A stretch of 64,000 bases of DNA from an uncultured bacterium (GTDB lineage Bacteria > Acidobacteriota > Thermoanaerobaculia > Multivoradales > JAHZIX01). Every line of letters starts with the position of its first letter. Position 1 is the stretch's first letter. The notes beneath the pieces were generated by a model. The model was given only the letters and a program-made list of their open reading frames with translations, had not been told where the DNA came from and ran no database searches. A program made the translations under genes and the position numbers. The stretch spans positions 1-64,000 of the forward strand of contig CBDUPA010000011.1 in NCBI GenBank assembly GCA_965368975.1. Direction: 5' to 3'. Positions 29,201 to 36,463 of this stretch are shown piece by piece.

Positions 29201-30856
29201 CTGGTGCTATCGGCACGATCGCCGGAAGCGCTGCGCCAGAATGCCGTGGACATCGCCGGGCAGCTGCGCCGCCGGTCCGACGAGTTGGCAGACGTCTGCT
29301 ACAGCGCGGCGGTCCGCCGGACGCACCACGAACACCGCCTGGCGCTAACCGGCACGTCGCACGCGGCCCTGGCACACGAGCTGGACGCCTGGGCCGCGGG
29401 TACGCCGTTGCCGGGCATCGCAGTGGGGCGCATCAACAAACCGCGCTTGGTCTTCCTCTTCTCTGGCCAGGGGGCTCGCTGGAGCGGTCTGGACCCACGG
29501 CTCCTGCAGCAGCCGGTGCTGCGTGAAACCCTGGTCGACGTCGATCGGCGCTTGCGAGCATTGGGCGTGCCGGTCCTCGACGCGCTGTTGGCGGACGATG
29601 CCGAAGACGTTCTGCGCAGCACGGCGCTGGCGCAGCCGGCGATCTTCGCCTTGCAGGTTGCCTTGGTCGAGCAATGGCGTGCCTGGGGTATCGAGCCCGC
29701 CGCCGTCCTGGGCCACTCCGTTGGCGAGATCGCGGCCGCTTGGGCGGCCGGCGCGCTCAGTCTCGACTCCGCGGCACGCCTGGTCGTCGCCCGCGGCGCG
29801 GCGATGGACGCGGAGCGCGGCCGGGGTGCCATGGCGGCCGTAGAGGTGGACGAAGCGGCGGCACTGGAAGTCTGCGCCCCCTACGGCGAGCGACTGAGCG
29901 TCGCGGCGATCAACGCGCCGCGCTCGGTGGTGCTGTCAGGAGAGCCGGAGGCACTCACCGAGGCCCTGCTGAAATTGGAAAGCCAGCGCGTGCGCGTGCG
30001 CCGCCTGGCGGTCGACTACGCCTTCCACGCCGCCGGCATGGAGGCCGCCGCGGCGCGTGTCGGCGTCGAGATGCAGGCCCTGCTGCGTCCTGAGAGCGGT
30101 GACGCCGGCGCGCAGCAACTCGGCGGCTGCACCTTCGTCTCTTCGGTCAGCGGCCGAGCGCTGGCCGGGGAAGAGCTAACCGCCGACTACTGGAGCCGCA
30201 ACGTGCGGCAGTCCGTGCGCTTCGCGGCGGCGGTAGAGACGCTGGCAGAGGAGGTCGACGCATTCGTCGAGATCGGGCCGCATCCAGTGCTCGCCGTGCC
30301 CACCGGCGAAGTCCTGGCAGCTCGATCGGCGGCGCAGTCAGCGGACGCGGGTGACGACAAGGCGTCGATGCCGGCCATATTGCCCTCGCTGCGCCGTGGC
30401 CGGGACGGTCGAGAAGTGCTGCTGCAGGCCCTGGCGCAGCTCTACGCCCGTGGCTGCGAGGTGCACTGGCCGGGGGTCTTCCCGAACGAGGGGCGGTTGG
30501 TGAAGTTGCCGGGCTACGCCTTCCAGCGACGCAGGTACTGGTTGACACCGGAAGACGCGCCGACTGACGGGGTGGTGCCGACCCCCCAAGACCGAGCCGC
30601 CGCATTGCCGGAACAGGCCACTGTGCCAGGACAGGCCACGTTGCCAGGACAGGCCACGTTGCCAGAACAGCAGGGCTCCGGCGTCCAGCCACCCAGCCAC
30701 CTCCCGAGCGCCCCGGTGCCCGCCTCGCCCGAAGCCCCAGCCGCGCAGACGAGCGTGCCGGACGCCGAGGCGGAAGCTGTGCTCGCCCGTCAGCTCCAGG
30801 CGTTCCAGCGCATGGTGCACGAGCAGTTGCAGGCGCTGGAAGCCGAAGCGCTCTGA
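26279..30856 (+). CDS. type I PKS, ACP-KS-AT-AT
   Basis: ACP GLDSL; KS DTACSSS, HGTGT, KSNLGH; AT1 GHSIG...VLVH; AT2 GHSVG...YAFH; no reductive domains and no C-terminal ACP or TE. Confidence 0.93.
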   Translation: MQELRSFLIDWLADTLEVAAADIDPEQPFQRQGLDSLQATRMVEVLAERLGRDISPVVVWGHPTVAALSRHLAGIAAAPAAAVTADPWAPSAAAGDAGGAGGTRPDPIAIVGMACRMPGGAANLDAFWQLLCDGVDAVRKVPADRWDADAVYHPDPLHHGGVNTREGGFLDRIDLFDPLFFGISPREAEQMDPQQRLLLEVVWEALEDAGQPAPELAGSKTGVFIGGSWQEYALEHRRLNAEYTSHTGVGQSLNIMANRISYLFGLQGPSLVVDTACSSSLVSVHLACQSLRDGEAEMALAGGVNLILSLHSARLLTKFGGLSGDGRCKSFDHRADGFGRGEGAGMVLLKPLSRALEDGDRIYCLIRGSATNNDGPSNGLTAPNPEAQIEVLRAAYRRAGVDPSSVGYVETHGTGTSLGDPIEAQALSTVLCAEREPERPLRLGAVKSNLGHLETAAGIAGLIKAALVVHHRAMPGNLHFQRPNPHIPFDDWKLRVQTSLEPWPTPDLARVGVSSFGWGGSNCHMVLDEVPSSRTCLLALAASGPADLRRQAQNWRDFLDTPASHGSLPQLCRAAGEKTPASGERLAIVGSTRAELQTQLDAWLQAETPAPVLSRSDGTGLVFVLSPGGSAFGGLGDQLLREEPVFRATFRRCARIYQEISGGRDLLRTMTTTPDDERWDSASFAGPILTCFQISLIELWRSWGVEPDALIGHSIGEIAAAHAAGALDLRQAMTVLYAYQVSLHACAPGTMSVVQLAAAQLEPMLEGREVWLSGELSPNSCVVSGPDGPLAAFLAELPTEVFRARVKVNVLVHTPPMRDALDTAREVLQGLQPRRARIPLYSTYRSDVLKGSELTAEHWLGQLGSPPRLAPILAKLLHEGYRTWLQIDPHPVLGPVLRQNFAAAGITDARALVSMRRGDDVRTTMLESLARLYEAGLAHPHWQRIFPAAAGGVLPSLLVASQPDAARGQARTELLVLSARSPEALRQNAVDIAGQLRRRSDELADVCYSAAVRRTHHEHRLALTGTSHAALAHELDAWAAGTPLPGIAVGRINKPRLVFLFSGQGARWSGLDPRLLQQPVLRETLVDVDRRLRALGVPVLDALLADDAEDVLRSTALAQPAIFALQVALVEQWRAWGIEPAAVLGHSVGEIAAAWAAGALSLDSAARLVVARGAAMDAERGRGAMAAVEVDEAAALEVCAPYGERLSVAAINAPRSVVLSGEPEALTEALLKLESQRVRVRRLAVDYAFHAAGMEAAAARVGVEMQALLRPESGDAGAQQLGGCTFVSSVSGRALAGEELTADYWSRNVRQSVRFAAAVETLAEEVDAFVEIGPHPVLAVPTGEVLAARSAAQSADAGDDKASMPAILPSLRRGRDGREVLLQALAQLYARGCEVHWPGVFPNEGRLVKLPGYAFQRRRYWLTPEDAPTDGVVPTPQDRAAALPEQATVPGQATLPGQATLPEQQGSGVQPPSHLPSAPVPASPEAPAAQTSVPDAEAEAVLARQLQAFQRMVHEQLQALEAEAL
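30599..30670 (+). repeat. 18-bp tandem repeat (about 4 copies, ATLPGQ-like) in the PKS C-terminal linker
   Basis: gccacgttgccaggacag-like units. Confidence 0.8.
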
Positions 30857-30942
30857 TAGCTCGACAGGTACTGCGATAGGCTTGGCACCATCTGTTTGTC
30901 GTTTCGTTGATATAGCCTCGAAGTCCGAGGAGGAGATCTACC

Positions 30943-33078
30943 ATGTCGAACGTTGTTGCCCAACCTACTTTGGGGCGGGCCGAGATCGCCGCACGCTTGC
31001 GCGACATCGTCGGGCGCGTGCTGCGCATCGAGCCGGCCGCTCTCGAAGACGAAGCTCCGTTCCTATCGCTGGGAGCGGACTCGCTGGCCCTCGTCGAAGT
31101 CCTGCGAGCCTTGCACGAAGGCTTCGGTGTCACGCTGGCGGTGCGCCAGCTCTTCGAGGACTACCCGACTATCGGAGCCCTGGCGCAATACGTCGAGGCC
31201 AACATGCCCGACGAGCTGCCGGCCCCGCCGGCCGCCGCTGCGCCCCCTGCACCCGCGATGGCCCCCACGCCCGCTGCGCCGACGATGAGTGCGCCCGCGC
31301 CAGCACCTCTGCCAGCAGCTGCCCCGTCCGCGGCCGTCGAGTCGCCGCTCGCCGCCTTGGCCGCCGCGCCGGTCGCCCAGCCGTCTGCCACGGCGGCGGC
31401 TCCCGCGACAGCTGGAATGCCCGCCGGGCCCGTCAACCTCGGGGGCAGCCTGGCAGGTAGCTCCTTGGAGTTGGTGATGCAGGCGCAACTGGTTGCCTTC
31501 AACCATATGATTCTGCAGCAGATGAACTGGCTGCGTCCCGGGGCGCTCCCGGCCCTCGCTGCTCCTGTAGCTACGACTCCCGCCGCGCCGCCGGTTCAGG
31601 CAGCTGCGCAGCCAGCAGCTTCCCAGCCCGCGGCTGCACCCGCGACGAAGAAGGAGTTCAGGGCTGGTCTGAGCATGGTTACCGCCGCACCTCGGCAAGG
31701 TACCGCCGCGATACCCAAGCCGCCGACCGAGGAAGAGAAGCGCCGGCGCCAGGCGCACCTCGACGCACTGATCGAGGGCTACACGCGCAAGACGGCCAAG
31801 TCCAAGCAGCTGGCCGAGGCGTCGCGGCGCTACCTGGCGGACAGCCGTGCAATCGTCGGCTTCCGACCGGCGCTCAAGGAGATGCTCTACCCGCTGGCGC
31901 GCGAGCGCGCCGAGGGTTCGCGGCTGTGGGACATCGACGGCCACGAGTACATCGACATCACCATGGGCATGGGGGTGCACCTGCTCGGTCACAAACCCGA
32001 GTTCCTGCAGCCGGTGCTCGAGCAGCAGGTGGAGGCCGGCTTCGAGCTCGGCCCGCGCTCCGAGCTGGCCGGCGAGGTGGCCGAGTTGTTGTGCGGCCTC
32101 ACCGGTATGGAGCGCGCTGCCTTCACCAACTCCGGCACCGAAGCGGTGATGACCGCCTTGCGTCTGGCGCGCGCCGCCACCGGTCGCGAGAAAATCGCCC
32201 TCTTTGCCGGCTCCTACCACGGCCACTCGGACGGCACCCTCATCCGCAGCCAGCGGATCGACGGCCAGTTGCGCTCCTTCCCGGTGGCTCCGGGCGTCCC
32301 GGCCCACGTCGCTGAGGACGTCTTGGTACTCGACTACGGGGAGCCACAGGCCCTGGAGGATATCCGCCAGCACGCGGGCGAACTGGCGGCGGTGCTGGTC
32401 GAGCCGGTGCAGAGCCGGCGGCCGGACCTGCAACCGCGCGAGTTCCTGCAGCAACTGCGCGACCTGACGCGCGAGAACGGCATCGCCCTGATCTTCGACG
32501 AGATGATCACCGGCTTTCGCTATCACCTGGGCGGGGCCCAGGCGTGGTTCGGCATCGACGCCGACCTGGCCACCTACGGCAAGGTGATCGGCGGCGGTCT
32601 GCCGCTCGGCGCGGTCGCCGGCAAGGCCGACTTCATGGACGGTATCGACGGTGGCATGTGGCACTACGGCGACGACTCGGTGCCCGAGCGCGACACCACC
32701 TTTTTCGGCGGCACCTACTGCCAGCACCCCCTGGCCATGGCCAGCGGCCGCGCGACCTTGCTCTACCTGCGCGAGCAGGGGCCGCAGCTGCAAGCACGAC
32801 TCAACGAGCGCACCGGCCGCTTTGCCGCTGACCTCAACGAGTTCTTCCAGCAAGAGGGCTACCCGATCCACATCGCACAGTGCAGCTCGCTGTTCCGCTT
32901 CACCTACACGGCGGACGCTGAGTTGCTCTTCTACCACCTGGTGGAAAAGGGCATCTACGTCTGGGAGTGGCGCAACTGCTTCTTCTCGACCGCCCACACC
33001 AAGGAGGACTTCCAGCGCGTTGACGCGGCGATCCGTGAGAGCGTCGCCGAGCTGCGCAAGGCGGCGTACTTGCCCTAG
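30943..33078 (+). CDS. ACP plus class III aminotransferase didomain protein
   Basis: GADSL ACP, Ala/Pro linker, NSGTEAV, YHG, FDEMITGFR, TYGKVIGGG (PLP lysine); GGAGGAG RBS. Confidence 0.92.
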   Translation: MSNVVAQPTLGRAEIAARLRDIVGRVLRIEPAALEDEAPFLSLGADSLALVEVLRALHEGFGVTLAVRQLFEDYPTIGALAQYVEANMPDELPAPPAAAAPPAPAMAPTPAAPTMSAPAPAPLPAAAPSAAVESPLAALAAAPVAQPSATAAAPATAGMPAGPVNLGGSLAGSSLELVMQAQLVAFNHMILQQMNWLRPGALPALAAPVATTPAAPPVQAAAQPAASQPAAAPATKKEFRAGLSMVTAAPRQGTAAIPKPPTEEEKRRRQAHLDALIEGYTRKTAKSKQLAEASRRYLADSRAIVGFRPALKEMLYPLARERAEGSRLWDIDGHEYIDITMGMGVHLLGHKPEFLQPVLEQQVEAGFELGPRSELAGEVAELLCGLTGMERAAFTNSGTEAVMTALRLARAATGREKIALFAGSYHGHSDGTLIRSQRIDGQLRSFPVAPGVPAHVAEDVLVLDYGEPQALEDIRQHAGELAAVLVEPVQSRRPDLQPREFLQQLRDLTRENGIALIFDEMITGFRYHLGGAQAWFGIDADLATYGKVIGGGLPLGAVAGKADFMDGIDGGMWHYGDDSVPERDTTFFGGTYCQHPLAMASGRATLLYLREQGPQLQARLNERTGRFAADLNEFFQQEGYPIHIAQCSSLFRFTYTADAELLFYHLVEKGIYVWEWRNCFFSTAHTKEDFQRVDAAIRESVAELRKAAYLP

Positions 33079-33131
33079 CCGACCTGCCAGAGGCAGCGGA
33101 CGGCAAGGCGCCAGACAAGCGGAGACTCGAC

Positions 33132-35366
33132 ATGTCCCAGTGGTATAGCCTGCGCGGCCTCGCGATCGCCGTCGTTCTGCTCGTGACGATAAGCGCCGTC
33201 GGGCTCCGCGCTCAATCTGCGGAACCCAGCCGCGAATTTGGAGAGCCTCGGCCTCGGATCGCGTTGGCGCTTTCGGGCGGTGGCGCCCTGGGCATGGCTC
33301 ACGTCGGTGTTCTCTCGGTACTGGAAGAGCTGCGGATACCGCTGGACTGCATTGCCGGTACCAGCATGGGTGCCCTGGTCGGCGGACTGTATGCGACGGG
33401 CATCCCCGCGGCTGGTCTGGAAGGCCTGATCGGAGCCCAGGATTGGGCGGATATGTTCAGCGATCGCAGTGAGTATCGGGATCTGCCCTTCCGCCGCAAA
33501 GAAGACGAGAACCGGTACCTGGTAGATCTACAACTCGGCCTGAGTCGCGAAGGCGTGACCCTGCCCAGCGGTCTGATCACGGGCCAAGATCTGACCTTCC
33601 TGCTGCAGCGCTACAGCCTGCCGGTGGTCGAGGTGGACGACTTCTCACGCCTGCCGATCCCGTTTGTGGCCGTTGCCACCGACCTGGAAACCGGCGAAGC
33701 CGTGCTGTTGACCGGCGGTGATCTAGCAACCGCGGTGCGTGCCAGCATGTCGATCCCCGGTCTTCTCTCGCCGGTGGAATGGAAAGGTCGTCTGCTGGTG
33801 GATGGCGGCGTGGCCAACAATCTGCCGGTGCGAGAGGCGCGGCGACTGTGCGACGCCGACGTGGTGATCGCCGTCGACGTCACGCAACCACTGGCCGACC
33901 GCGAGCATCTGACCACGCAGATGGAGATCTCGTCCCAGACGCTCGCCTTCCTCACCCGGAGCGAGGTAGACCGCCAACTGCAGCACGCGGATATCGTGAT
34001 CGCTCCGCAGGTCGAAGCCTATGGCCTCTTCAGCTTTCCCGACGCGCCTGCGATTGTCGCCGCGGGCGTCGCAGCGGCGCAGGCACAGCTACCGGAGTTG
34101 GCCCAGCTGAGCCTGTCGGAACCGGACTTCGCCGCTCACCGCCTCGGGCAGCGCCGTCCGCCTCCTCCGCGTATCGTTCCGTCCTACATCCGTTTTGCAG
34201 GTAGTCGTCGCGTCGACGAACGCACCCTGCGAAGGCAGATCCGCAGTCGCGTCGCGGAGCCGCTGGACCTGGAGGTTTTGCGTGATGACCTGGGACGCCT
34301 CTACAACCTGAACGAATTCCAGCGCGTCACGTTCCGTGTGGAAGAAGATGCCGGCGAGGTGGGGTTGGTCTTCGAGCTGCAGGACAAGGAACTGGGTACC
34401 GCCTACTTGCAGTTTGGTGTCGCGATGTACAGTGACCTGCATGGAGAGACCGGCGTCACCGCGACGTTCAACGTCACGCGCACACGGGTGAACCGGTACG
34501 ACGCCGAGTGGCGCACGGATCTGCAAGTCGGCGACACCCACGGCCTGTTCAGCGAGTTGCACCAGCCTCTGGGCTACGGCAGCCCGTTCTTCGTCGCTCC
34601 CTGGGTCGAGGTTTCGCAGCAGCTAGTGCCGATCTTCGAGGGCGATCAGCGCATCGCCGAGTACGACCTGGAGCGCTACTTCACGGGCTTCGACGCCGGC
34701 CTGAGCCTGGGCCCGATCGGCGAAGTGCGGGGCGGCCTGGTGCGTGGCAGAGCCAAGGCCAAGGCGGCCACCGGCGCCGTCGATCTACCTGCCTTCGACG
34801 TCCAGGTCGGCGGCCTTCGGCTCGGGCTGAGCATCGACGACCTGGATCGTCCCACCTTCGCGGGGGAAGGCTGGGCGCTGTCGGGACGCTTTTTCAGCTC
34901 GCGCTCGGAGTTGGGCGCCGACGACGAGTACGAGACCCTGGAGGTCGCAGTTGCGAGCTTTGCCAGCAGGGGGGATCACACCCTCAGCCTGATCCTCGGT
35001 GGCGGCAGTGACTTCGACAGCGGCACGCCGTTCTACGACTGGTTCTCGGGCGGTGGCGCTGGCGACTTCGCCGGCTTCGCCCAGGGCCAGTTACTCGGTC
35101 GGGTCTATGCCAAGGCGAGGCTGCTCTACTACTACCGGCTGTTCTCTCTGTCTCCCACTTTCGGGCGCGGTGTCTACACGGGTCTGTTGCTGGACATCGG
35201 CGACTACTGGTCGGATCACGACGCCGTCGACTTCAACGACCTGCGTACCGGCACCGGTGTTTTCATCGGCGCCGATACCGTCATGGGGCCGTTGTTGCTG
35301 GGCTATGGCCGCACGAACAGCGGTGAGGACGAGTTCTACTTCACCATCGGTCAGCCGCTCGGCTGA
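33132..35366 (+). CDS. patatin-like phospholipase with POTRA and Omp85-type barrel (PlpD-like, type Vd)
   Basis: Signal peptide, GGGALG, GTSMG, DGG, POTRA region, beta-barrel ending FYFTIGQPLG. Confidence 0.88.
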   Translation: MSQWYSLRGLAIAVVLLVTISAVGLRAQSAEPSREFGEPRPRIALALSGGGALGMAHVGVLSVLEELRIPLDCIAGTSMGALVGGLYATGIPAAGLEGLIGAQDWADMFSDRSEYRDLPFRRKEDENRYLVDLQLGLSREGVTLPSGLITGQDLTFLLQRYSLPVVEVDDFSRLPIPFVAVATDLETGEAVLLTGGDLATAVRASMSIPGLLSPVEWKGRLLVDGGVANNLPVREARRLCDADVVIAVDVTQPLADREHLTTQMEISSQTLAFLTRSEVDRQLQHADIVIAPQVEAYGLFSFPDAPAIVAAGVAAAQAQLPELAQLSLSEPDFAAHRLGQRRPPPPRIVPSYIRFAGSRRVDERTLRRQIRSRVAEPLDLEVLRDDLGRLYNLNEFQRVTFRVEEDAGEVGLVFELQDKELGTAYLQFGVAMYSDLHGETGVTATFNVTRTRVNRYDAEWRTDLQVGDTHGLFSELHQPLGYGSPFFVAPWVEVSQQLVPIFEGDQRIAEYDLERYFTGFDAGLSLGPIGEVRGGLVRGRAKAKAATGAVDLPAFDVQVGGLRLGLSIDDLDRPTFAGEGWALSGRFFSSRSELGADDEYETLEVAVASFASRGDHTLSLILGGGSDFDSGTPFYDWFSGGGAGDFAGFAQGQLLGRVYAKARLLYYYRLFSLSPTFGRGVYTGLLLDIGDYWSDHDAVDFNDLRTGTGVFIGADTVMGPLLLGYGRTNSGEDEFYFTIGQPLG

Positions 35367-35373
35367 GCGAGAG

Positions 35374-36411
35374 TTACTTCTGGCGGTCCCCGTACCGCAT
35401 CTCGAAGCTGACCCCGAACTGCAACGACTCGCGCCGCACCTCGTCTGGATCGCGCGGCCAGGTCATGCCGGCGTAGCCTTCGACGAAAAACCACTCCCGC
35501 AACCAACGCTGGCGGTAAATTGCCCGCACCGTGTAGCGCCCCACGTTCACCGGCACATCCGTCTCGCCGCGGATCGAAGCCTGGTATGCCATCGCCCTTT
35601 CGCCGCCAAGGTTCTGGTAGAGCGTGAAGGCGGTCAACCAGTCGACACCGCGCGTCGATTCGGACCAGGTGCCATAGTTGGCCCAGCGCAGCAGCAGGTT
35701 CGGCGTCAAGACCTGCTCGACATCCGTGTTGTGCGTCAGGCCGTACCCTTTCTGGTTGCGCCAGAACAGCGTGTTGCGCATGCGCACCAGGCGATAGTCC
35801 GTGAGAAACCACTGCCGCCGCCCGCGTACGCGCACGAAGGGATCGAGCGGCAGATCCAGCTTCACGCCGGCATCCACGTCCAGCGTCCGATTCTTGCGCT
35901 TGGCCGGACTGTAGCCGAGACCCACCAGCCATTCCTCTTCGCGGCTCGCGTCGAAGAAGTCGGGCAGCTGCTCCAGCTCTTCGCGCCCACGGTTGGCGGC
36001 AAAGTCGTCCTCGTCGTCGCGATTGATGAACGCGCGCCATCGCTTCTCGGCCCGTGGTAGGTAGAGCTGCGCGTCGAGATCGATGTCCAGGTCGACGTTG
36101 TCGTCCTCGTCCCAGGCGACTCCGGCGGTCAAGCGGCCGTAGTTTTGCTCCAGCTCGGAGTCGTAGCGCTCGTCACCGAAGAAACCGTCGAACCAGCGGC
36201 CGGTACGGCAGGCGGAGCGGTGCAGGCCGGTGCGGAAGGTATCGAGCCACACGTCGCGGCTAGGTGGTTTTGCCGTGCACGGCTCCAGCTCGGCCTCTTC
36301 CGGGGCTGGCGCCTCTGGCGAAGGGGTGGGCTCCTCGCCGGGTTGATCGTTGGCGGCGAGGCAGAGCGGCAGGAGTAGGGCGCAGGTGAGTAGGAACGAT
36401 GCGCGGTCCAT
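35374..36411 (-). CDS. predicted outer-membrane beta-barrel protein of unknown function
   Basis: Signal peptide, WFDGFFGD motif, alternating beta strands, C-terminal FGVSFEMRYG. Confidence 0.65.
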   Translation of the reverse strand: MDRASFLLTCALLLPLCLAANDQPGEEPTPSPEAPAPEEAELEPCTAKPPSRDVWLDTFRTGLHRSACRTGRWFDGFFGDERYDSELEQNYGRLTAGVAWDEDDNVDLDIDLDAQLYLPRAEKRWRAFINRDDEDDFAANRGREELEQLPDFFDASREEEWLVGLGYSPAKRKNRTLDVDAGVKLDLPLDPFVRVRGRRQWFLTDYRLVRMRNTLFWRNQKGYGLTHNTDVEQVLTPNLLLRWANYGTWSESTRGVDWLTAFTLYQNLGGERAMAYQASIRGETDVPVNVGRYTVRAIYRQRWLREWFFVEGYAGMTWPRDPDEVRRESLQFGVSFEMRYGDRQK

Positions 36412-36463
36412 GAGCACAGCATAGCGTAGCAGGGGGGCCCGGCCTCCATCTCACGCCCCAGGA

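Noticed and set aside
30883-30898. TGGCAC upstream of the ACP-AMT gene as a sigma-54 promoter
   Set aside because: No GC at the -12 position (GG-N10-TT).
35374-36411. Gene downstream of the RHS as its immunity protein
   Set aside because: Large barrel-like exported protein with its own candidate promoter; not excluded, but unsupported.
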